A stretch of DNA of 64,000 bases, from the NCBI RefSeq assembly GCF_036321535.1, contig NC_087436.1, positions 9,796,001 through 9,860,000 on the forward strand, written 5' to 3'. Shown piece by piece: positions 1-12,116 of this stretch (position 1 is its first letter; every line of letters starts with the position of its first letter). The notes below the pieces were generated by a model. That model did no database searches. It had not been told where the DNA came from and worked only from the letters and a program-made list of their open reading frames with translations. This DNA comes from Camelus dromedarius (taxonomy: Eukaryota). The translations under genes and the position numbers were made by a program.

Positions 1-280
1 CAAGACATATACGTCCCACCAATACCTCCAATTCCACCTTCCTTATTGGTTAGTACCAGTCAGACGTCAAGACGCAACACCTTAATTAAGTCGGTTCCCC
101 TTTGGAGCTATCTCAGTTTAAAAGATACACTATTAAGTCTTTTAATTATATGGAAGAGGGGAATTCAGGGTCCAAACTCGTTTCTTGCTCTTAAATAAAA
201 TTGTATGTTCAAATTAATACATGTGGAGGATCTAAAAGATTTATCTCATGCACAGCAAAGACTAAAATGAAAAATGGATG

Positions 281-825
281 TGTTAGGTAGTTAGGTAAGT
301 GGGGGTACCAGACAGATAAGGTAGAGGAGAAGGGGAGGGTCCAGAAGATGGTGGTGTGCCTGCCTCCAGCATAAAGGGGCTTTACTTCCTCTAAATAAAT
401 GCCAGCAAGAAACCAGTTAGAACCTGACAGGCACAACCACATGATAGTGACAAGGACCTAACTGGACATGACCCACTGCTCATTGTATTATAACTAACAT
501 TGCAGTTTAGCATCCCTCCATGGGTGTTTCTGTGTGCATCATGGGTAAGGACATGCACAAAAGGGGCTAAACGCGACAAAGCATTCCAGGAGCAAGAGCT
601 GTCAATCAAAAGACCACCATTAAGCAAGGATATAAGGGAAAGGGGAGACAAAGGCCACTACTTTTTCTTCCTTGGATCAGCCCACCTCCAGTTCTTGGAG
701 GTGTACCTTCCTTTTCTAAATAAATCTTTTATAATCTTTCACTACACAATGCACTGTCTCCCGACTATAAACTGATCTTTTGGGTGTATGACAAGAATTG
801 GAGTCTTTATCTTTTGGGGGCAATA
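281..825 (+). mobile_element. ERV solo LTR, family A
   Basis: Starts TGTTAG, has AATAAA at 719-724 and ends ggggcaata. Closely similar along its length to 16196-16715. Confidence 0.85.
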
Positions 826-2038
826 TATATCAATTAACAGATGATGCTTAATGCCACCTGTTAACAATTCCACCCACATGTATTGCGTGGCCAAAGGATC
901 TATCTAGATCAAAAATGGCTATCTGTCCACAAAACCAGATATGCCAGAAATAAAGAATTATTCACTTTACTGTATCTTCAGATTAATTCCCCTTGACATC
1001 CCATTCTACTAGAATAGTAGGAAGTAATTTCATTCCATTTGTAGTTTCCCTCCTCTTCTTCAGGATTCTAAGTTCTGGGGAGCTTACAAAACCCGGGAAT
1101 CAGAGTGTGCACAACCACATTTCAGTGTCGGAACAGGCAGGCATCTGCCAGGAAGCGTAACTTCATGTCTGATCCACAAGGCTCCTTAAGTCAAAGGATT
1201 TCTACACTTTTTCTTACCAGGGACCTAAGAACCACAGCTCTGCCCCAGTGCCAGTCCAGCCAACCTCTCAGTGCCCCGCTGCATCACTGGAATTCTGAGC
1301 ACAGCTCAAACCCCTTTGCAGTCAAGTTCCCCGAAACTTTCAAGGACCTCGCCAGTTCTGGGGACTCTGCGCCCCCTAATATCTCCTCACTGTCACTCAG
1401 CACAGCATTTTAAATGGAGGAGAAAGGGAAGAGGAGGTTCACCCTTTTTTCCAGGATGCTGTCAGGACTTCTGGCTATCTTTGGCTCACTGTTAGCCCAG
1501 TAAGGGACAAGACTTTCAGAAACCTTACAAATAGTTTCTTACCACAAAAAATGTACTCAGACAAGGAAATTAAAATAAATAACATAGAACTTCATCAGAG
1601 ACAGACAGGCTGAGATCTAGGGAAAATCCTGGACTAGTGCCTGCTCGCTGCTCTCCTGGTGGAAATCTTGTATTGCTTTTCCCTCTTCATCTGGTAAACA
1701 TAAACTTATATAAGGAAAAATAAAAACTTTCTTTCCCTTGAGCTCACAATGTGGATGAGCCGGCCCTGTGTAAAACCCGTCTTTTTTTGTTTTCTGTAGA
1801 ACTGTGTGGGTTCTTTTTTGAAATTGTGAAGATGTTTGAAGAAGCATCAGAATTTTCTACAGATTTTTTAGAAAAGGTTAAGCCAGAAGATAGTGAAGTA
1901 GGAAAGATATCTCACCCTCCTTTCCTTTCTAAGTTGCATCCCAAGACAACAGGGAGAACATGAAATAGAAAAAGAAACACCATCTTTGATGCAATGAGGA
2001 TAAACCTGTGGACATGGAAGTTCTGACCACAGTGAAAT

Positions 2039-2467
2039 TGTTAAGAGTTCGAGCTCACACTGCTCACCACAAGACAGGCCAATAAATCGGGAGACGAGGT
2101 ATTGGGGCAAGGAATAACGACTTTGTTCAGAAAGCCAGCAGACCGAGGAGATGGTGGACTAATGTCCTAAAGAACCATCTTCTCTGAGTTAGAATTCAGG
2201 CCCCTTTTATACTAAAAGAGGAGGGAGTAAAGTCCTGGTTCTGGCCCGACTCTGGAGGGAAGGTGTTAATTTCTTCCTTCCTGCAGGCATTCACTGGTGA
2301 GCCTGGTCAGGACGTTTCCTGTGCGCTCAACAAAGGTATTTTAGCTTAATGTTCATTACCTGGAGGTAGGGTTCCCAGGGATGGGCCATTAGGTATAATT
2401 TAAACTATAGGCAACATCTCTGTAGTGATTAATTTGCAATAGAATTCAAAAGCTCTTCCCTATTACA
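2039..2467 (-). mobile_element. ERV1-type solo LTR, family B (variant 2)
   Basis: TGTTA...TTACA termini; shares ends with the other family B copies and its middle with 32405-32890. Confidence 0.85.
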
Positions 2468-2929
2468 AGAGAACACATGCAAAGGATTCCAACAGCTGAA
2501 ACATCAGACAGGGCACAGGATTCCCCAAAGTCACGGCCTGCCCCGGGGCACACCGTCAGTGACTCCTTACTGGGAACTACAGAAATGAGACACAGGGACT
2601 ATTTAGAGATGCCATCCTCGGTGTCTTCCTTTAATCTTTCTGACGTCACCATGTGGCAGAAGCAACAGCTAAATTTGGAAACAGACAGAAAACCATCTCT
2701 GCAAATGTGCTGCGCTGCAGAGACGTGTGAAAGATCAGGAGCTTTGAAGCATCTAATTTTCCTCAGTTGAACAGCTGGAGGGCTTCCCAGGGAGGCAGGG
2801 AAGCTTTCTGAGTCCAGACAACAGCTCTGGCTTTCTACTGATTATCCTCCAATAAACCACTGGTCCAGGAACGAAGCTCCTGTTTGAATGCAATCTTCTT
2901 AATGGTATAAGATTTATAAAATATGCATA

Positions 2930-4100
2930 TAAAAAAAAGGAATAAAGATGAGGGGTGAAAATAAACAGAAGAATGTTGTCTTTAAACAAATGAAAATATT
3001 GAGTAAAAGCATTTCTAATAACTCAAAAATAGTAATGAAAATATTGCAGCTAAAAGGTAAGAGATCAAGAAAGATGCAAAATTTGATGAAGAATTGAGAA
3101 CACAACCAAAGGAAATGAGCAACAGCATGTGGAGTTTATGGAAAATGTAGAGGGGAAAATAAAATATACAGGGACAGAAAAGAAGTCCATAAAATTTTAA
3201 TCCAGGAAAACTTTCTCAAAACAAAAATGCCCTTGAAATTATAGATTATAAGAAATTATAGACTAAAAGGGTACATGATGGGTCAGAAAACATCAATACA
3301 GAATTTTTAGCTCCAGTACAGGTACTAGAAAAGTTCCTGGGTTTCCAAGAAAAGAAAGAACTTTTGAACATCTATGAAAAAAAAGGCACTGTTTCCCACC
3401 CAAAACTCAGAAAGGGCTCTCACTTCTCACAGCAGCATCCATTTCCGGGGGAGAGCCCAGAAAACACATCTTCACAGGGAAAATCATTACCTGGTAAATT
3501 ATAAGAAAAATTTACTGGGCCAAGCTGTCTTACCAGTTTCAAGACCACAGGGGAAAAAAAAAAAAGATTTTTAATATATAAAACTCAGGAAATCTGATTC
3601 ACATGCTCTCTTTTTGAAAAATGTATTAGAGAGAAAACTTAAAATGAGAAAGAAATGACCAGAAACACTAAGGTTAAAAACTGCTAATATGGAACAATGA
3701 ATGCATTTAAATACAGGACGTAGATCTAAACAATTAGGGAAATTACATTACAGAGGAGGACTTTTTTCTTTCACATTTTCCTACATCATCTTTACTTGAA
3801 GATTTTGGGGAGAAAAAAGTAGATAACGCAAAACATTTTTATATTAAAACAAAGGCAGATAATATTGAATAGAATATAAAATTACATTACTTTTTGAGAC
3901 AAAGAGACATCCAAGACACTTCAGTTTTATAAACTGTGGCACAAGAGACATAGTACTGTAGCTGATAAAAGTTGAGATTGCAAAGTACAGAGAACACATA
4001 GAGAAGGATGAGTTTTAGCTGGCTTCATCTTTTTATAACTTGAGACCAAAAAATTATAGTTTAAAGCTGATAAATCAAGTCATAGAGACACACTCATAAA
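2930..4100 (+). mobile_element. Old degenerate L1 fragment (ORF1/inter-ORF-like)
   Basis: A-rich, with L1-like segments such as gaaaactttctcaaa and gccaagctgtctt; boundaries approximate. Confidence 0.45.
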
Positions 4101-4112
4101 GATTAAATACAA

Positions 4113-4279
4113 GGAGTGGAGGCATATAGTTTAGTGGTAGCGTGTATGCTTAGCATACACAAGGTCCTGGGCTCCATCCCCAACAACTCTTCTGAAAATA
4201 AAACAAATAAGTAAACCTAATTACCTCCCCCCCAAAAAAAAAATTTAATGTAAAAATAAATAAATAAATAAATTGTTAG
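4113..4279 (+). mobile_element. Camelid-type tRNA-derived SINE (Vic-1-like)
   Basis: A/B-box-like head (tagtttagtggtag...ggtcctgggctccatcccc) and A-rich tail; 14-bp TSD aagattaaatacaa (4099-4112) / aagattgaatacaa (4280-4293). Confidence 0.85.
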
Positions 4280-6208
4280 AAGATTGAATACAAAAAGAAA
4301 TAATATTATTACTATAAAATCAGGTAAAATCAGAGGAGGAAACAGGTATAAAGATATCAAACTCCACTATCTTTTATCATCATTCATAGTAATCAATAAG
4401 TTATCACCAATGATGTAAGAACTAAAATTATTTCGTAAAGCTATAGAATAAAAGTAACTATTTGAGGAACTAAAATCTGACTGCAAGAATTCCAGGGTAG
4501 CAAAACACACGAAGCCAAAGAAAGAAAATCAGTAGATGCTTATTTCTCTTGCTAAAGACTAATTGTGGAACACGAAACAAGAAACTAGTAGCAAGACCAG
4601 GGGAATGGGAAATGTGAGCAAGATTCAATTTTGATCAATAACAATAATTTAATGAATGTCGTGCCATATATTTTTAAAAATTAAGAATTTATTTTTAGTG
4701 ACAAGGTTCAAGATTTTAAATTATGAAGGTATAAACAAGGTCTGTGGTGGCTTCATACAGGGTCATGTAGCTAGGAGGAACTAGACACCCTTCTCTGCAC
4801 AGTTCCGGGGAGACTGGCCACAAGAAGGATTCGCACGAGCTTGGTAAGACAGAGTGGAAGCCACGGCCCTTGCACGCTGGACCTGGTCTGGGACTCCAGG
4901 ACCAGGTGCACGCAGCCCTAGGGCAGAAAACCACCACCTCCTTCTATAGCTTGCTACAGCCTTGAGATTGGAGGTGGTGAGAGGCAGACATGGTTTCCAG
5001 CTGGTCCTCACTGATTCCAGCGCATCCTCGCACTTTCCCTCTTCACATCCTCTCTTCCTAATCGTTGGCCACGTTGACTCGGAGTAACTTCAGACTCCCA
5101 GAGACTCGGAGACAACAATCTTCTAGATCTTTATTAGAAGATCTCACAATTACACAAGGTCGAATGCATGCAAGTCCCTTATTCTAGGTCACTCACAGTG
5201 GTTCTGTGTCTCTGAATGACACTTAACTGATACAAAAACAATGGGAACAAAAGAGATTTCAGGGAAATAGCCTTACAGATGGGTTCTCTGAATTGGTTCT
5301 GAGTTTTCTGGAATTGGTTCTCTGGTCTGATCAAATTTAAAGACCTTAATGACCCTTTTGTCAGGGGTAAGGAGGCTGGTAGTCCATGGTATGCAGTAGA
5401 AAATAGTTACTTAAATTTGCACCTTCAGAAACCTCTATTGTCAGTATCTACAGATAGCAGGGCTTAGCTGACCAACAATTGCTATCATGGAAGATTTTAG
5501 AAAAAGTAAGGAGTTCAGTAGGGTGGGTAGTTTGCTTCTAAGGGGACTGGAGAAGATAGGTTGGAGTTAGGGATCTAAAAACTTGATCCTTTAAATTCCA
5601 AGCTCAAGGTCTAAGGGACTTGACACTTCTTATCATGATTCTAAAACAAACAAACAAACCAAACCAAACCAAACAAACAATAACCCCTCTAATTTCCTGT
5701 TGCAGAAGGGTGAGAGTTTTGAAACCCGGTCCCCCAAACTAAACCTACAGGTGATTGAACTATAATGCAAATTGAATTTCCCAAGCTCATAGAGTCTTTT
5801 CTGCTAAAGTGACAGCATTGATTGGGAAGGATTTGGATCCCAAATAAAAGGGAAGGTTCAAGAAGAATTACCACTAAGCTAGGAACCCTTGAATATCTGA
5901 ATTCTGCTACCTTGTTTGACAATGAAAGAAACACATCCTTTGCTGAGATTAGCTTCCCCTTGCCAGAAAACACTGCTACAGTCCCCTAGTCTCAGGTAGC
6001 GAGCTGCCTTACAAAGGCTTACTTACGTAACCCTTTTCTTCCCACTTTCATTGTTTTTAGATCTACAACCAGTCAAGTCTGGGAAGGCACCAGAGAGAAT
6101 GGTGAAAGTATAGACACTGAGGAGTTACAAAATATAGCACAGAAATGACAGAAGTTTGCCATTTTATGCCAGTTGACATCTCGGGAGCATGCAGGAGGAT
6201 GAAGTTAG

Positions 6209-6735
6209 TGTTGCTGGGAAACAGGAAAATGAGATGCAAGAAGATGGCCGTGTCCCAGGTCTCCGGTGAGTCCCTGTGTTGCACCCCACCAACTGAGGGT
6301 CCTTGGCTTCGCACAGGAAGGAATTCAAGAGCGAGCCATAGCAAAGTGAAGGTAGATTTACTCAAGGAGATAAATACTCCAGAGACAGATTATAAGCTGT
6401 CTTACTCAGAAGGGAGAGCAGCCACAAGGTGTGGGGTGGTTAGTTTTTATGGATTCGGTAAATTCATATGCTAACAAGTGGGAGGATTATTCCAACTACT
6501 TCTGGGGAGAAGGCTGGGATTCCCAGGAATTGGGCCGTTACCCACTTTTTGACCTTCTATGGTCAGCCTTGGAACTATCACGGCACCTGTGGGAGCGCCA
6601 TTCACCATGCTAACATATTACAGTGAGTGTGTATTGAAGCTCAAGGTCTACTGGGAGTCGAATCTTCGGCCATCTTGGTGCTGATTGCTGTCATTCTCTT
6701 AATTTTTTCGCCCTGCCTCCTTCCCTCCTGTCTCA
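6209..6735 (-). mobile_element. ERV solo LTR inserted in the ERVL relic
   Basis: LTR-typical ggaattcaagagcgagcc segment; ends cctgtctca (TGAGACAGG on the - strand); left boundary uncertain. Confidence 0.65.
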
Positions 6736-6954
6736 GCTGCATCTGGGGAACCAAATGTAATGCTGGACCAAGCTCAGATGTTAATATGGGCTCAGGAAGG
6801 AGGAACTCCCAATTAAATGGGTCAAAACAAGTGTCTGTAACATTTTCCTGTGTTGATTGACAGACACTTGGACCCAGCGCTGACCTACACTAAATACAGC
6901 TAAAATGTTAGAACTTTCTTGGTATACTGTAGAGCGAAAGTCCTCTGTGTCATT

Positions 6955-7850
6955 CACAGATGCCTGGGAGTCCCTCAGAACTTCATATGAGGCTCACAGG
7001 ATCCAAACCGATTTCATAATCATTTAATATATTATTTACTTCTTTCACTTTCTTGACATTTATACTGATGATGTAAAAATAAATGTTTATAAAACTGCTT
7101 ACATCTTACCATGAATCACAGCAATGGCACTCAGTGGCACTAACAAGTCATCGTATTCTCTACCACCATGACCTTGTAATAAAAAAGTGCCAGTATCAAC
7201 TAAGAATGTCTTTGATGTAGCCATAACAGCTATTAGCTTTAGAGAATTCTACTCCTGAGTACATGCATTTTTAATATTTTGTATAATGAAAAGAGAAGTA
7301 TGCATATAGGACTTCAGATTGGAAGTGATGCTATAAAAATTAAGTTTTAATATCATATAATGGAATTTGTCAATATTTGGAAAATCTGAATAACTCAGAG
7401 AATCGATGTGTGATTCTACAAAATCATGCATGGATAAAGGGTACATTTAAAGTGCAAGGCAGAACAATGGATTTTAATGTTGCAGAATATAAAGTGTTAT
7501 TTACATGGTTTTATTGTCACAGTGACATTAACCTTTAAGAAACTACTATGGGACAGTTTGGTGCTATATCAAAGAAGAGTATCTATAGTTATCTGAAAAA
7601 GCTATTAAAATATCCCTTCCTTTTCCAGCTAAATACCTATGTGGGTCAGTTCCTTCATACATCCCACCCCAATATGTGATGAGTTTATTATTGTTATTTT
7701 AAATGAATTATTGACAAACATTTTTAAAATTTAACAATGTTAGTTCTAATTTTGGTAATCCATAAGCCCACATAAGTAAAGATCTTTGAGTTCCTCCATG
7801 GATTTTAAGAACTGAAAGGGAGACTGAGATGGAACATGTTGAGAGCTGAT
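6955..7850. mobile_element. hAT-Charlie (Charlie1-like) DNA transposon relic
   Basis: Charlie1-like internal blocks (aagaatgtctttgatg, gagtacatgcatttttaatattttg) and a terminal-like end (gagactgagatggaacatgttgagagc). Confidence 0.6.
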
Positions 7851-8549
7851 GTTATATAGGAAGATTGTAAAGGCTGAGAAGACTGGAACTCTGGAGTAAA
7901 CTAATCAGGTACCCATCCTCCGCATCTCCCTGGGGTCATGGACACAGGCTGTGAGGACCGCACCTGTGAAGGGAGCACTGGCTGAGCTGGCCGCTCTCTG
8001 CAGACCCTCAGTGACCGACCGTATAACTTGCTGCCCTGCCAAAACCCCCGGGGGCTCCTTGAATTTCATGTTCATGATGGGGTCCCGGGAGCAGGATCCA
8101 GGAACAAAGTGGCTACTTTACCATAAAGGGTAACAGAGTCAAAGCAGCAGTCAGAAGAGGTGGATCCAGAGGAATCCTTGGCATGAGCTGACCGGTCACG
8201 GAGTACCTAAAACTGAAACAGACGGGGCCCAGCAAGTGTTACTTGCCTCTCCTGCAAAGAAGATCTAGACCTGGTGAATGTAAGACTAACCGTGAGTCAG
8301 CACACAGAGAGCTGCAGCCCCTCAGGCAGGTCAGGACCTTGGCCAGTGGACAGACCCAGGAGCCATCAAAATGAGTCAAGTTTCCCTTGAGGGATGACCC
8401 TCTTTCCCTGCTTAGAATTGATGCTCTGAATCTTCTTCCTAGCCCCTCCAAAAAGAACTTGTCGCCATTTCCAGGGTGACTGTGCATTGAGGAAAGTGAA
8501 AGAAACCCACTTTTACAGATAACTGGACACAGACTTAAAGCTGAAAGCC

Positions 8550-9350
8550 ATTAACCATAAAGAAAAAGACAGGCTGACTGTACTATAGCAAAATTAATAA
8601 CTTCAGTTCATTAAAAGGCACCATTAAGCAAGTTAAAACCCAAGTCATAGAGCAGGAAAGATACTGGTAACACATACCAGTTAAAGGGATCATACCCAGA
8701 ATATCTTAGGAACTATCAAAAATTAGGAAAAGGCTGCTAATCATATTTTTTTTTAACTTGGCAAGAGACTTGATCAGCCACTGACTGAAAGAGGATCTCT
8801 AAATGGACAATCAATAAAAAGAGAGCAAACTCGTTAGGAATCAAGGGAAATAAACTTAAGATTTCACTGAGATGCCACTGCACACACCCAGATTAGCTAA
8901 TTTTTTAATAAATATGCACATTTTAGCAAGGATATATAAAAAGTTGAAATTTCATATATCCATGGTCAGGGTTATATAAAGCAGTAAAGACCCTTTGGAA
9001 ATGCTGACATTGACTACTACATCTGAACATATGTATAGCCCATACCTGACAGAAATGTCTTCACATACACAGCAAAACCTGTGTGCAAGAATGTTTATGA
9101 CTGTGTTATTTATAGGAGTCTATCTGCAGCAGAAGAAATAAATGGTCATCTATTTATACAATTAAATACAGTACAGAAATGAAAATGAGAGAAATACTGT
9201 TCCATGCAACAGCATGGATGATGAAAGTCAACAGCATAAATGTTCGGTCGAAGAAGGAGGACATCAAAGCATATATATCACAAGATGCAATTATAGTAAA
9301 GCGAACACAAAATGTTAGAAGTAAGGATAGTGGTTGCCTTTGGGAAGGAG
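8550..9350 (+). mobile_element. Old L1 (L1ME-like) ORF2 end / 3' region
   Basis: Degenerate L1 3' motifs such as aagaatgtttatgactgtgttattt and catgcaacagcatggatga. Confidence 0.6.
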
Positions 9351-9536
9351 GGTTAGCGATCCCTGCACCAATTGTTGAAGAGACTGTCTTTCCCCCGTTG
9401 CATGTTCTTGGTACACATTGAAAATCAGTTGACCATATAAATGTGGATTGATTTCTGGGCTTTCTATTTTGTTCCGCTGGTCTATGCACCTGTCTTTACG
9501 CCAGTACCACACTCTCATGATGACTATAGCTTTGTA

Positions 9537-10321
9537 CAGGTAGACTTTGTTTTATTGCACTTTGCTTTACTGCACTTTGTAGATATGTTTTTTTCACAAA
9601 TTACAATCCTGTTTCCAGAAAGTCTATTAGTGTCAGTTTTCCAACAGCGTTTGCTCACTTTGTGTGCTCATATTTTGGTAACTCTTGAAATATTTCAAAC
9701 CCTCCACCAGTAAAAGGATTATGACTCACTGAAGGCTCAGATGATAGCATTTTTTAGCCATAAAGTACTTTGTTCTAGTTCCGTGAAAAATATCCTGAGT
9801 AACTTGATACAGACCGCATTAAATCTGTAGATTGCCTTGTGCAGTATGGCCGCTTTAACAACACTGATTCTTCCAACTGAAGAGCATGGGATATCTTTCC
9901 ATCTCTTTCAGTCATCTTTCCTTTCCTTAGTCAAGAGTAAACAAAATTGACAAACCTCTGGCCAGGCTCACCAAGAACAAAAGAGAGAGAACACAGATAA
10001 ACAAAATAAGGAAGGAAAATGGAGAAGTTACAACCAATACCACAGAAATACAAAATATCGTTAGGAGAATATTATGAGCAACTATGTGGAAACAAACCAG
10101 ACAACCTAGAAGAAATGGACAAGCCATAAAGTACTTTCTAATTAAAGTACACGCATTGTTAGACATAAGGCTATCGCACATTTAATAGACTACAGCATAG
10201 TGTAAACATAACTTCTATATGCACTGGGAAACCAAAACATTTGTGTGACTCATGTTACTGGAATATTTGCTTTACCACAGTGGTCTAGCTCCGAGCAGGA
10301 AATAGCTCCGAGGTGATCCTG
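9537..10321 (+). mobile_element. Internally deleted Tigger1-type DNA transposon
   Basis: 5' end CAGGTAGACTTTGTTTTATTGCACTTTGC after TA; 3' end ...CTCCGAGGTGATCCTG; the L1 resumes on both sides. Confidence 0.8.
9772..10121 (-). mobile_element. Tailless, 5'-inverted L1 ORF2 insertion with 16-bp TSD
   Basis: agccataaagtacttt at 9756-9771 and 10122-10137 flanks two oppositely oriented internal L1 ORF2 pieces. Confidence 0.8.
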
Positions 10322-11734
10322 CAGGGTATTTTAAAATCAGTAAGTGTGATTCCCTCCAGTTTCCTTCTCTCACAATTGCTTTGGCTCTTTGTAGTCTTTT
10401 GTGGCTCCACATGAATTGTAGAATCGTTTTTGCTATTTCTATTAAAAATGTCATTGAAATTTTGATAGAGATTGAATTGAATCTGTAGATTGCTTTGGGT
10501 GGTACCAGCATTTTGACAATATTAATTCTTCCAATCAGTTAACACAGGATGTCCTTCCATTCATTTGTGTCTTATTTAATTTTTTAATTATTGTTTTATA
10601 GTTCTCCATATACAGTTCTTTCACCTTCTTAGTAAGTTTATTCCCAGATATTTTACTCTTTTTGATACTATTGTACATGGATTGTTTTCCTTTTCGGACA
10701 GGTCATTGTCAGTGTATAGAAACACAGCTGATTTTTGCATCCTGCAACTTTATTGAATTCACTTATAGCTCTAACACTTATTTTAGAATAATCAGTGACT
10801 TTTCCCGTTCAATTTTTTGTGCTTCAGTACCCTGGTTTCTGTTCGGTACTTTTTAAATATTTTCATCTCTGTTGAAATTCTTGTATTATCCATGCATTTT
10901 TCTATGTATATTTTTGAGAGTTATTTTCAATTCTCTGTTAGGTAAATTATGTAATTTCTCTTAATTAGATTTGGTTTCTGGAGATTTATCTTGTTCTTTT
11001 GTTTGGACGTCTTTGCCTGAATTCTTCATTTTCCTTGACTCTCTGGGTCAGTGTCTGTGCATTTAACAAAGCAGGCATGGACTTCAGTCTTCATCAACTA
11101 GCTTTGTACAGGAGGCCCTCAGCAGTAAGCCTGACCAGAGGAGCTGGGGGCCTCTACCATCCCTCCTCAGGGAGAAGCAGGCAGCTGTGGTCGCTGTTTG
11201 CTCATTCTGTACTCAGGCAGCATGGGGGGGCTAAGGCAGCTACCAGCCCAAGCTGCTGCCTCCTTTGTCCCCCAGGCAGCTAGACTGTACCAGACCCATC
11301 AGTGCTCCAAGACAGGCAAGACAGAAGCCAGTCCTCTGAGTGAGGAGAAAAGTGTATTGGGCACTGGACGAACTCCTCCGCTCCCCGGGGGGAAGCTGGG
11401 AGCTGGGGGTGGGGGCCTCTTCCTGATCACACGGCAGTGTGTTGGGTGCAGGGTCTCTGGCAGGAAGACATCCCAAATCTTCCCATCAGCTTCAGGGAGT
11501 CTGCTTTTGCAATCTCCCAAGATGCAGAAGGCTTTCATTTAGTTCCTGATTTCTCACAAAGGGAATTTGTCCTTGAAGTATTGCTGAATCGGTGTGTTTG
11601 GGGTAGGGGGTGGGGGTGAGGGGCATAAAGGATCCAGAGCCTATTGCCACTCAGTTGATGCCAGTGAAAATGATGTATCCTGTGTAACAGTAACATATTA
11701 AAACAATTGTTTTAAAATCAGGAACAAGAATACC

Positions 11735-12116
11735 TGTTGTTCTAGACTGAATTGTGTCTCCACAAAATTCATATGCCGAAGTCCTAACCCCCAGGACCCC
11801 AGAAGGTGTTTGAAGATAGGGTCTTTAGGGAAGTAATTAAGTTAAAATGAGGTTGTTAGGGTGCATCTCCAACAACTATGACTGGTGTCCTTCTAAGAAG
11901 AGGCAATTAGGACACAGATACACGCAGAGGGAAACCGCATGAAGATACCAGAAGACAGCCTTCTACAAGCCAAGGAGAGAAGCCTTAGAAAAAGCCAACC
12001 CTGTTAAAACCTTGATGAGGGCTTTTAGCCTCTAGAATGCTGAGAAAATACCTCTGTGTAGTTTAAGCCGCCTACACTGTGGTGTTTTGTTATGGCAGCT
12101 GTGGCAGACTGATATA
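11735..12116 (+). mobile_element. MaLR (MLT1-type) solo LTR
   Basis: gactgaattgtgtctcc...aaaattcatatg...gtttaagcc...tttgttatggcagc...actgatata. Confidence 0.8.

Larger units (their letters stand above)
4740..8545 (+). mobile_element. ERVL relic: MLT2-like LTR (~4740-5234) followed by ERVL internal (gag/pro) sequence, interrupted by later insertions
   Basis: LTR end ggttctgtgtctctg...actgataca, then the ERVL-int leader (ttggttctctggtctgatcaaatttaaag...ggtagtccatgg) and a pro-region motif near 8470-8540. Confidence 0.65.
9355..11650 (-). mobile_element. L1 fragments (ORF2 and more 5' parts), host of the Tigger1 insertion
   Basis: Track ORF 10272..10511 ([19 protein letters not shown]) and 9315..9518 ([30 protein letters not shown]) are L1 ORF2. 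Confidence 0.8.

Noticed and set aside
4113..4190. Possible tRNA gene
   Set aside because: It is the head of a SINE with an A-tail and TSD, not an intact cloverleaf.
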